Positions 1 through 7,767 of a DNA stretch of 64,000 nucleotides are shown here, piece after piece. Location: positions 951,265-1,015,264 of the forward strand of contig CAWEZO010000002.1 of NCBI GenBank assembly GCA_963813635.1, written 5' to 3'. Position numbers and translations under genes: made by a program. Source of the stretch: an uncultured Actinomycetes bacterium. GTDB lineage: Bacteria > Actinomycetota > Acidimicrobiia > IMCC26256 > JBBRZM01. Position 1 is the stretch's first letter. The number at the start of each line of letters is the position of its first letter. The notes beneath the pieces are model-generated. The model saw only the letters and a program-made list of their open reading frames with translations. It made no database searches and was not told where the DNA came from.

Positions 1-101
1 CGGAGCATCTCCGCGCAGAGCTCGGCGTTGAGCGCGTTGCGGCGTTCCTCACGGTCGATGGTCGCAACGCCGACGTGGCCGCGCTCCTCCCAGTGGATCA
101 C
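1..101 (-). CDS. enoyl-CoA hydratase/isomerase (crotonase) family protein, 5' part only, continues past the window start
   Basis: Open-ended, so absent from the ORF track. GTG at 101-99 lies 3 nt after the TGA of the upstream gene. It reads VIHWEERGHVGVATIDREERRNALNAELCAEML, a typical crotonase N-terminus (..TIDR.E.RNAL..). Confidence 0.55.
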   Translation of the reverse strand, partial: MIHWEERGHVGVATIDREERRNALNAELCAEML

Positions 102-104
102 GGG

Positions 105-323
105 TCAGCTCTCGTCGATGATGGCGATGAGGTCGCCCTCTTGCACCTGGTCCTCGGGCGCCACGTGCAGCTCGCGCACCACGCCGGGCGTCTCGGTGAT
201 GATCGGGATCTCCATCTTCATCGATTCGAGAATCACCAGCTCGTCGCCCTCGGCGACCATCTGGCCCTCCTCGACGACGACCTGCCACACGTTCGCCGCG
301 ATCTCCGCGCGCACTTCAGCCAT
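105..323 (-). CDS. small stand-alone biotinyl/lipoyl-attachment domain protein (TB7.3-like biotinylated protein)
   Basis: 72-aa track ORF. It carries the biotinylation motif LESMKMEI and the flanking hammerhead pattern. Length and sequence closely recall the 71-aa mycobacterial biotinylated protein TB7.3 (from memory). Confidence 0.85.
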   Translation of the reverse strand: MAEVRAEIAANVWQVVVEEGQMVAEGDELVILESMKMEIPIITETPGVVRELHVAPEDQVQEGDLIAIIDES

Positions 324-368
324 GGCGCAGGATCCTAGGAGGTCACCGGCCGCGGAGGTGGGCTCGCG

Positions 369-440
369 TCAGAGCTTGACTGCGGCGAGCACGATCGCCG
401 CGATCGTGAGCACCGAGGCGAAGTTGGCGATGAGCCCCAT
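369..440 (-). CDS. candidate 23-codon hydrophobic small ORF (MGLIANFASVLTIAAIVLAAVKL)
   Basis: ATG 440-438, TGA 371-369. 21 of 22 sense codons end in G/C, which is host-like codon bias. The peptide is a single TM-like helix. No clear SD. It lies between the carboxyltransferase and the biotinyl protein. Confidence 0.3.
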   Translation of the reverse strand: MGLIANFASVLTIAAIVLAAVKL

Positions 441-485
441 GCGGGTCTGGACAGCAACCGTCTGGATCAGCTCACCCCGCAAGCC

Positions 486-536
486 CATTCTTGCGTCGCA
501 ATCCGGGGTGACATCCCGGCTGTTGACGCAAGAATG
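486..536. repeat. palindromic intergenic repeat, family B, copy 1
   Basis: CATTCTTGCGTC GCAAT CCGGGGTGACATCCCGG CTGTT GACGCAAGAATG. A 12-bp outer inverted repeat encloses an inner 5-bp hairpin. Near-identical copies are at 56870-56924 and 39957-40006. Confidence 0.85.
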
Positions 537-566
537 AGTGGTGGGGTGCGCGGCGAGGCGGCAAGG

Positions 567-2168
567 TCAGACGGGGAGGACGCCGTGCTTGCGCCAGGGG
601 CGGTCGACGCGCTTGTCGGCCGAGATGGCGAGCCCGCGTGCGATCGCGGCGCGCGTCTCGGCCGGGTCGATCACGTCGTCGACGCGCGCGTGACCGGCCG
701 CGACATACGGGTCGATGTGTTGACGGATCTCCTCCGCGAGCTCGAGGCGCTTCGCGACGCGCTCTTCCTCCGGTACCCCTTCGATCGTTTTGCGGTGGAT
801 GATGTTGACCGCGCCGTCGGGACCCATCACCGCGATCTCGGCCGTCGGCCAGGCGACGATGTAGTCGGCCTCGTACGCCATGCCGTTCATCACGAAATAT
901 CCGGCGCCGTAGCTCTTGCGCATCACGACGCTGATCTTCGGCACCGTCGCCTCCGACACCGCGAACAGCATCTTGGCGCCGTGGCGGATGATGCCCTGCT
1001 TCTCGACCGCCGAGCCGACGATGAAGCCGGGAACGTCGTGCAGGAACACGAGCGGGATCCCGAACGCGTCGCACAGCCACACGAAGCGCGCCACCTTGTC
1101 GGCCGCGTTCACGTCGAGCGCGCCGCCGAGCACGATCGGCTGGTTGCCGATCACGCCGACGGGCCGCCCGCCGACTCGCGCCAGGGCGGTGACCACGTTC
1201 TTCGCCCAGTCGGGCTTGATCCAGAGCACGTCGCCGTCGTCGACGATGGCCCGCACGACCTTGCGCATGTCGTAGGCGCGCCGGGGCGCAGTCGGCACGA
1301 TCGTGTAGAGCTCCTCGACGCGCCGGTCGATCGGATCGGTGCACTCGCGAATCGGCGGCGCTTCCTGGTTGTGCGCAGGGAAGTACGAGAGGTACTTGCG
1401 GACGATCTCGAGGCACTCGCGGTCATCGGCGACCTCGAGATCGGCGACGCCCGAGATCTTCGTGTGGACGGCCGAGCCGCCCATCTCCTCTTCGCTGACA
1501 TCTTCGCCGGTCGCGGCGAGCACGAGGTGCCGGCCCGCGAGCGCCATCGACGCCGTGCCCTTCACCATCGGCACAAAGTCGGTGAGCGCCGGGATATAGG
1601 CGGTACCGGCGGCACAGTGACCGAGCATCGCCGCGACCATCGGCACGACGCCGCTCATCACGACCTGCTCGCGGAAGAGCGCGCCCGCGCCGGCAAAGGT
1701 CGAGCCCGACGTCGACTGGATGCGCGCCCCGGCGGAGTCGAGCAGCCACACCATCGGGATGCGCTGGCGCACCGCCAGCTCCCGCATCCGTGAGATCTTG
1801 AACTCGCTCGTGACGCCCATCGAGCCGGCCATGACCGTGAAGTCGTACGCCGCGATCGCGACCGGCCGGCCGTCGATGTCGCCGACCCCGGTGACCGCGC
1901 CGTCGGCCGCGAGGTAGCGGTCGCCGAGGCCGGGATCCATGTGGTCGGCGAGCATCCCGTACTCCACCCAGGTGCCCGCGTCGACGAGCAGGTCGAGGCG
2001 TTCGCGCACGGTGAGCTTGCGGAGCGAGTGCTGGCGCTCGACGCGATCCGGTCCGCCCATCCCGAGCGCCCGGTCGCGGCGCTCCTTCAAGTCGCCGACC
2101 AGCGGTCCCCAGTCGTGCACGTCGCCGCCGCCTGTTGCCGATGGCTTCGCCTTGTCGTCGTCGCTCAT
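567..2168 (-). CDS. acyl-CoA carboxylase carboxyltransferase (beta) subunit
   Basis: 533-aa frame starting at internal ATG 2168 of the 700-aa track ORF; the upstream 167 codons are Arg-rich shadow. It shows the PccB/AccD-type carboxyl_trans pattern (MGGPDRVERQHSLRKLTVRERLDLL..., ...AYDFTVMAGSMG..., ...RKSYGAGYFVM). The ATG overlaps the stop of the upstream hydratase (ATGA). Confidence 0.9.
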   Translation of the reverse strand: MSDDDKAKPSATGGGDVHDWGPLVGDLKERRDRALGMGGPDRVERQHSLRKLTVRERLDLLVDAGTWVEYGMLADHMDPGLGDRYLAADGAVTGVGDIDGRPVAIAAYDFTVMAGSMGVTSEFKISRMRELAVRQRIPMVWLLDSAGARIQSTSGSTFAGAGALFREQVVMSGVVPMVAAMLGHCAAGTAYIPALTDFVPMVKGTASMALAGRHLVLAATGEDVSEEEMGGSAVHTKISGVADLEVADDRECLEIVRKYLSYFPAHNQEAPPIRECTDPIDRRVEELYTIVPTAPRRAYDMRKVVRAIVDDGDVLWIKPDWAKNVVTALARVGGRPVGVIGNQPIVLGGALDVNAADKVARFVWLCDAFGIPLVFLHDVPGFIVGSAVEKQGIIRHGAKMLFAVSEATVPKISVVMRKSYGAGYFVMNGMAYEADYIVAWPTAEIAVMGPDGAVNIIHRKTIEGVPEEERVAKRLELAEEIRQHIDPYVAAGHARVDDVIDPAETRAAIARGLAISADKRVDRPWRKHGVLPV

Positions 2169-2944
2169 CAGCGGCCTTTCCACTTCGGTGCGCGTTTCTC
2201 GACGAACGCCGCGATGCCTTCGGCCGTGTCTTCGGACGCGCTGGTAATGGTGAGCATCGTCTGGAGATAGTCGAGCGCCGCGTCGGTCGGGAGCTCGAGC
2301 GCGCGGTAGAACGAGTCGCGGCCCCAACGCATGATCAACGGCGACTTCGACGCGAGCACAGCCGCGAAGTCGTCGACCGCCGCGTCGAGCTCCTCTACCG
2401 GCGCAACCTGCGTGACGAAGCCGATCCGTTCGGCCTCGGCGGCGTTGACACGCCGGCCGGTCGCCATGAGCTCGAGCGCGCGCTTCGGCGGCATCGAGCG
2501 CAACAGTGGCACCGTGATCATGTACGGCCAGAGACCGACGTTGATCTCGGGGGTCCCGAACTGGGCGTCGTCGGCAGCGATGACGAAGTCGCACGCGCAG
2601 GCGAGGCCGAAGCCACCGGCGAGCGCGTAGCCCCGCACGCGGGCGATCGTCGGCTTGCCGAGGCTCCACAGATCGCGGAACAGATCGGCGAGCAGGCCCC
2701 GCCCCTCGTGCGCCGCAACGGCGCCGGCGTCGCCCGCCATGCTGCCGAGGTCCGCGCCGGCGCAGAACGCCTGGTCGCCCGCGCCCGTGAGCACCAGCAC
2801 ACGCACGGAATCGTCACCACGGGCGTCCGCCACCGCCGTGCGGAGCCCCTGCATCACGGGGAACGACATGGCATTGCGCCGCTCGGGACGGTCGATCGTG
2901 ACGCGGGCGATGCCGCCGGCTACCTCGTAGCGCACTTCGTCCAC
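2168..2944 (-). CDS. enoyl-CoA hydratase/isomerase family protein
   Basis: 258 aa. GTG start with GGGGGAG 5 nt upstream. Crotonase signature VLVLTGAGDQAFCAGADL and ...GYALAGGFGLACACDF. Confidence 0.9.
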   Translation of the reverse strand: MDEVRYEVAGGIARVTIDRPERRNAMSFPVMQGLRTAVADARGDDSVRVLVLTGAGDQAFCAGADLGSMAGDAGAVAAHEGRGLLADLFRDLWSLGKPTIARVRGYALAGGFGLACACDFVIAADDAQFGTPEINVGLWPYMITVPLLRSMPPKRALELMATGRRVNAAEAERIGFVTQVAPVEELDAAVDDFAAVLASKSPLIMRWGRDSFYRALELPTDAALDYLQTMLTITSASEDTAEGIAAFVEKRAPKWKGR

Positions 2945-3051
2945 TGCTGCTCCCCCGGGCTCATCGGCTTTCGGTGGCCGGCCCTGCGCGTGCGTGCCGA
3001 CGCATCGTAGGTATACATCCCCCGGGGCGCCCGGCTCTCTACGATGGGCCG

Positions 3052-4068
3052 ATGGTCTTCTACGGGAGCGTCGCCCTGCTCGCAGTTGCCGTCGTGCTCC
3101 TCACCTGGGGCAGCTTCTCGCAGCTGGCGAAGCTGCCGATCCAGTCGTTGTGGCTCCTGTGGGTCGCGTTGGTGATCCAGCTCGCCCTCGAGTTCATCGA
3201 TCTCCCGAAGGATCGCATCGACGACGTCGGCTTCGGCCTGCTCATGCTCTCGTACGCGGCGGTTCTCGGGTTCTGCTTCGTCAACCTGCGGATCAAGGGC
3301 ATGACCGTCATCACGATCGGGATCGCGCTCAACGCGCTGGTCATCGGGATCAACCAGGGGATGCCGACGCGTAACTGGTTCGTGACGCGCAACGGCGTGA
3401 AAGTCGAGCACCACATCCCGCTCGCGGTGAAGCACCGGCCGAAGACGAGCGACACGCTCCTGCCGTTCCTCGGCGACAACATCCTCATGCCGGGTCGCGG
3501 CCAGGTCGTCTCGTTCGGCGACTTGATCCTGGCGGTCGGGTTCCTCGACTTGTGCTACTGGGGCAGCCGGCGCCGGCGCCCCAAGGGTGACGACGACGCG
3601 GCCGAAGAGGTCGAGACCGCCGAGCCGGCCGAGCCCAGCACTGGTGACGCCACGCCGGTCGAGAGCGCCGACGAGCCCGCGTGGATGCACTCGCGCATGG
3701 AGATGCTGCCGATCAAGATCGAGGGTGCCCCCGACCTCGCGCCGCCCGCGGCTGCACCGGGCGAGCCGGCGACCGCACCGCCACCCACACCTCCGGCACT
3801 TCCGAGCCCCGACGGCGGTGAGAACGGCGATGTGGGTTCGCAGGGTGGCACCGACACGCCCACCGACATTGACGGGTTCGTCCTCGATCTCAGCCGGTAC
3901 GAGGAAGCCGAGCGCACGGAGACCATGCGCAGGATCACGGTCGCCCGCGCCGCTCGACTGCGCGCGGAGCAGGAATACCGCGCGGTCATGGCCCGCACCA
4001 CGCCGCCCGCCGGCATACCGGAAACGCCGGCGGTCTCGGAGACCGGAGCCGGGCCCGGCGGCGCCTGA
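3052..4068 (+). CDS. DUF5317-like polytopic membrane protein with long Pro/Ala/Glu-rich C-terminal tail
   Basis: Start taken at ATG 3052 (MVFYGSVALLAV...). The protein has 5 predicted TM helices, plus motifs ALVIGINQGMP and VVSFGDLILAVG that I recall from DUF5317 (family assignment from memory). The C-terminal ~170 aa are low-complexity. Confidence 0.55.
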   Translation: MVFYGSVALLAVAVVLLTWGSFSQLAKLPIQSLWLLWVALVIQLALEFIDLPKDRIDDVGFGLLMLSYAAVLGFCFVNLRIKGMTVITIGIALNALVIGINQGMPTRNWFVTRNGVKVEHHIPLAVKHRPKTSDTLLPFLGDNILMPGRGQVVSFGDLILAVGFLDLCYWGSRRRRPKGDDDAAEEVETAEPAEPSTGDATPVESADEPAWMHSRMEMLPIKIEGAPDLAPPAAAPGEPATAPPPTPPALPSPDGGENGDVGSQGGTDTPTDIDGFVLDLSRYEEAERTETMRRITVARAARLRAEQEYRAVMARTTPPAGIPETPAVSETGAGPGGA

Positions 4069-4244
4069 CCGCGTCCGTCGCGCCGCCCTGCCGCCAGCCA
4101 TCTGGGCCGCCCATAACGGTCGATCCGCCAATCTGTGCAATTCTTGCGTGTAAAGTGCCAATGCCGCAAAATAGGGCGTAGCATAGAGAGGTCGCGCCGC
4201 GACCCGAGACCGCCGAGCACACGAGTTCGAAGGACGTGAGAATC

Positions 4245-4559
4245 ATGGAGCCCGAGCACAACGATGCCGAACCGCTCGGCGACGAGTGGCCCATTACGCC
4301 AGTCCCGGTCGAGGCCGCGATCGAGGCCGCGGCGGAGACGTCGGCTGAAGCACCGGCCGAGACACCGGCCACGGGCGAGGGCCGTGACGCCGGTGTGGAT
4401 CTCAGCCTGTACGAGCTTCCCGCGAACGGCGCGCTGCTGCACCAGATCCAGGCCAGACGTGCCGAACGACGCCACGAGGAAGAAGAGCTCGTAGCGGCCG
4501 TGGTCGCTATCATCGCGCCCGCGGACCTGTCGGACGACGCGACAACCACCTGGACCTGA
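4245..4559 (+). CDS. hypothetical acidic protein
   Basis: ATG 4245 lies 12 nt after GAAGGA. The protein is Ala/Glu-rich with no recognisable domain. Codon bias is host-like. Confidence 0.35.
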   Translation: MEPEHNDAEPLGDEWPITPVPVEAAIEAAAETSAEAPAETPATGEGRDAGVDLSLYELPANGALLHQIQARRAERRHEEEELVAAVVAIIAPADLSDDATTTWT

Positions 4560-4587
4560 GCGCACCGACCGACGCTGTCGCCGGCGC

Positions 4588-5757
4588 CTACGCGTCGACG
4601 GGGAGCACGTTACGCCGGTGCAGCACCGTTTCGAGTGCTGCGAGCACGCGGCCGTCGTACACGTAGGCGGGTGCCGAGTACAGCATCTCGAGCGCGATGG
4701 GCGCGTTGTCGCGCCGGCCCGCGGAGAGCTCGTCGAACGTGCTGGCGACTTTCAAGACCTGTCCGCTGAGCGCGGTGATCGGCGGCACTGGATCCAGCGC
4801 CGTACCCAGCTCGGGGCGTGCCGGACGCTCGGACGCGGCCAGCACCTCACCAGCCGGTGCGAGCGACTCGCTGGCGCGCAGCATCGTGGCGCCCGCCTTT
4901 GCAACCTCGGCCCGGTCAATCCCCCGGGTGTGGTCTTCCGGCTCGTCGAGCGTCAGCTGGCCGAGGTGGTGCAACAACGCAGCCGTCTCGAGTCGTGCGA
5001 GCTCTGCTTTGTTGAAGTCGAGCTCATGTCCCATCCGCAACGCGAGCGCGGTGACCCGTTTCGTATGTCCTCTCGGCACAAGTCGGCCGAGCTCGGGCGT
5101 CACTGAAAGGGCGCCGATCGTCTGCTCGTAGGCGCGGCGGATCGATGCCAACTGCTCGAACGAGTACCAGGCGGCGAGCAGCGGCAGCGAGAACAGCACT
5201 GGCCCCCACAGGCCCATCCCACCTCTGCCGCCGATGCCGTCGTAACCGATCGACATGAGTATCCCGCTCGTGATCAGCGCGAATTCAGCGGAACGGCCGT
5301 GCACCGAGAACGCGTACCGGCGGTCGCGGGCGAGTCGGAGCGCTTCAGTTACCGCGAGCATGACCGCGGCGCCCATGCCCAACGCGAGGAGCACGTGTAG
5401 CCGGGCGTCCTGGCCAACAGTCGGGTTGCCCACGATTGCCACGGCGGCGAACGCTGCCCCCGCCGACAACAGGCGTTCGAGCAGCAGCACCGGCCGCAAT
5501 GGCCACGCGGGCGCCTCGCGGACGACGAGCGCGACCACCTCCGCCGCCACCACGACAATCACGAACTGGCTCACCGTGGCTGCACGCAACAGCACCACGA
5601 TCATTGCGAATGACAACGGGATCGCGGCCCCGCCCTGTGGCCGCAACTCGAAGAGCTCACCGATCGCGACGCCGGCGCCCAGGGCCACGAGTCCCGGCCA
5701 CGGACCGGTTGGATCGATGATCGCGGCCACCGAGCGCGCCGGCTCCACCGAGAGCAA
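4588..5757 (-). CDS. membrane protein with degenerate HD/HD-GYP-like C-terminal domain
   Basis: 389 aa with an N-terminal multi-TM region. The C-terminal region GHTKRVTALALRMGHELDF...LETAALLHHLGQ aligns by eye with the HD motif region, but reads HH instead of HD. Confidence 0.6.
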   Translation of the reverse strand: MLSVEPARSVAAIIDPTGPWPGLVALGAGVAIGELFELRPQGGAAIPLSFAMIVVLLRAATVSQFVIVVVAAEVVALVVREAPAWPLRPVLLLERLLSAGAAFAAVAIVGNPTVGQDARLHVLLALGMGAAVMLAVTEALRLARDRRYAFSVHGRSAEFALITSGILMSIGYDGIGGRGGMGLWGPVLFSLPLLAAWYSFEQLASIRRAYEQTIGALSVTPELGRLVPRGHTKRVTALALRMGHELDFNKAELARLETAALLHHLGQLTLDEPEDHTRGIDRAEVAKAGATMLRASESLAPAGEVLAASERPARPELGTALDPVPPITALSGQVLKVASTFDELSAGRRDNAPIALEMLYSAPAYVYDGRVLAALETVLHRRNVLPVDA

Positions 5758-5784
5758 CGAGAAACAACATGCTGCGCGGCCGGG

Positions 5785-7204
5785 TCATGACCGGCTCGAC
5801 TTCTTCTCGTCGGGCTGTTCGAGATTGCCGCGCCCGGCTGAACCGGTCCCCGACTCGGGTGGCGGCACCGCCCGCTGCACCTCGTCGGACTGTTCGAGGT
5901 CGCCGAGCCCGGCTGAACCGGTGCCCGACTCGGGTGGCGGCACCGCCCACTGCTCCTCGTCAGTCTCGTAGCCGCGGCCGTGGTGCTCGTCGCGGCGCTC
6001 GATGGCGGCAATGAGCGCCTCGACGCAGTCGGGGTGGAACTGGGACCCCGCCTTGTCGCGTAACTCTGCGAACGCGATCTCTTGCGTGAGCGCCTTGCGG
6101 TACGCGCGGGTGGAGGTCATCGCGTCGTAGGCGTCGGCGACATGCACGATGTACGGCTCGATCGGGTGCTTGTCGTCACCCTTGTCGTATTCCGTGAACC
6201 TGCTCGACGCGCTCGTCGCGACCGGAGCGAGGAAGTCGATGCGGCTCAGGATCGCGACCGACACCGATTCGTGCTCCTTGATGCGCCGAAATTCCGCGTC
6301 GGTGACCTTCCCCGGCTTGTTGAGCAATTGGTTGGGCACAACCAGCTTGCCGACGTCGTGCATCAACGCCGCGAAGCGAAGGCGCTGCAGCCGCGGCAGC
6401 GACAGTGCCATGTCCTCGCCCATGTACTCGGCGTAGACGGCAACCCGTTCGACATGCCCGGCGGTGTAGCGGTCCTTCGCCTCGAGCGCGGAGATGAGCG
6501 TCTCGACCGTTGCCTCGTGCGCCGCCTTGACCTGAACGAACGAGGCGAAGGTTTGGCGCGCAATCAGGATCGGGACCACGAGAAGCGGAACGATGATCGG
6601 CCCGACATCCAGGTACAGCTTCCCGACGAAGGCTCCGAAGATCGCAAATGGGAACGCTTGAAGCTCACTGGCTCGGAACTCTCGGAGCAAGCGGTGGACG
6701 CTCCGTCCGGTCTCCAACGAGATCACGGTCGCGACCAGCACATCGTTGACCAAGAAGAAGGCGAGCGTTGCGAAGCTGGCCGCAACGAGGATCAACGAGG
6801 TGGAATCGAGCCACCAGCCGGGGAACGCGTTGAACACCGCGGCTGCCGCAAGCGCCGAGAGCCCAAGGTTCGCCATGTTGAACACGGCCTTGCGCCACTC
6901 GCGCGCGGGCGTCGCGCGGGTACAACCCGCACGCCATGCCGACAATCATCGGCCCCAGGAGCGAGTGCTCCGGACTGAGGGCGACGATCGACGCGATCGC
7001 CAACATGTACCCGGTGCTGATGGTGTCGGTGCTCGGCAACTCGACCGCGCACGTCTCCGAGAAGCCTGCGAGGACCGCGAACAGCGCGACCACGGTCCAC
7101 GACTGTGAGTCGCCGTCCCACGCCAACGCGGTCGCGCAAATGAGCGCGGTGGCCGCGACCGCCAGGCAGAAGGCAGTCACGCGTCGGGAGTACTGAGAGT
7201 CCAA
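5785..7204 (-). pseudogene. membrane-anchored HD-domain phosphohydrolase (HD-GYP-related, no GYP motif), one frameshift
   Basis: Joins track ORFs 6665..7204 (TM-rich N-terminus) and 5785..6945 (EWRKAVFNMANLG..., HVERVAVYAEYMG, LMHDVGK, HVADAYDAMTSTRAYR). Removing one base in the CGCGCGCG run near 6900 gives a single 472-aa protein. TTG start. Confidence 0.7.
5815..5964. repeat. 75-bp tandem duplication (x2) inside the 3' end of the HD-domain gene
   Basis: Unit 1 is 5815-5889 and unit 2 is 5890-5964, with few mismatches. Together they encode AVPPPESGTGSAG(L/R)G(D/N)LEQ(S/P)DE twice. Confidence 0.85.
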
Positions 7205-7228
7205 GAATCAAGTTCCTCGCCGTGAGTA

Positions 7229-7245
7229 AGAGAGAGAGAGAGAGA
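7229..7245. repeat. (AG)8 dinucleotide microsatellite
   Basis: agagagagagagagaga read directly. It lies 25-41 nt upstream of the TTG start (7204) of the minus-strand HD-domain gene, where it reads (CT)n. Confidence 0.9.
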
Positions 7246-7767
7246 CGGCAAGGCCTGTGCGATCAGCCTTCCCTTAGTGCCATTTGCGGCCTGCGCCGCC
7301 GGAAAGCATGAGTGCCGAAACGCTTGCAACGAGAAACGTAAAGCGAACGTAAAGTGACTTCTTCACGGAGATGACCCCCTAGAGGCTTGCTAATCACTTG
7401 GCTCCGCTGAGGGATGCCGAGGCGCTCGCTCCGCTAGTTGGAATCGCTTTGTACGTTTGCCATGAAGACTCTCGCAAAGACCCTGCCGTCTCTTTCCCTA
7501 CGTACTGTCCTGCGGACACCTCCCTGCTCGAGGCTGGTCGAGATTGCCGTGCGCTTACCGTTGTAGCAACGGCGCGCCCGGAGCGGACCTTGAGCGAGAA
7601 CGGTTCAATACCGCTCAGGGTAACCGATCCACCACACAAAGGGGATTGTGCACTCAATAGTCGACCCAATCAAGGTGAAACATTCGCGAGCGAGATTTGA
7701 TAGGGCCGAATCCGGCGTATCCTTCCTGGAGCAGGACCGGTAGCGGGCAACCGGAGGAAGGGGAACC

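Noticed and set aside
472-2669. Large overlapping ORFs on both strands across the carboxyltransferase gene, for example 534..1793 (+) at 419 aa, 472..1416 (-) at 314 aa, and the 167-codon N-terminal extension of 567..2669.
   Set aside because: Their translations are Arg/Ala/Gly/Pro-rich low-complexity sequence, typical of shadow ORFs in high-GC DNA. They overlap a frame with clear carboxyltransferase homology. The same reasoning applies to many other track ORFs, such as 19470..21104, 50872..52689, 28309..29955 and 31247..32692.
7470-7630. Resemblance of CGCAAAG (7471-7477) and GGGTAACCGAT (7618-7628) to conserved strings of the c-di-GMP-I (GEMM) riboswitch. This was tempting because HD-domain genes are adjacent.
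   Set aside because: The two strings are ~145 nt apart, versus ~45 nt in the riboswitch. The other conserved positions (GGCAAA, GNRA tetraloop/receptor) are not found. The match is probably chance; only cmscan could overturn this.
7560-7633. tRNA/tmRNA-like 3' end: a GGTTCAATACC T-loop-like string followed by TCCACCA.
   Set aside because: The putative T-stem pairs poorly (3 bp, a mismatch, then 2 bp). 12 nt rather than 7 separate it from the CCA-like end. I could not build an acceptor, D or anticodon arm, and no tmRNA tag reading frame is present.
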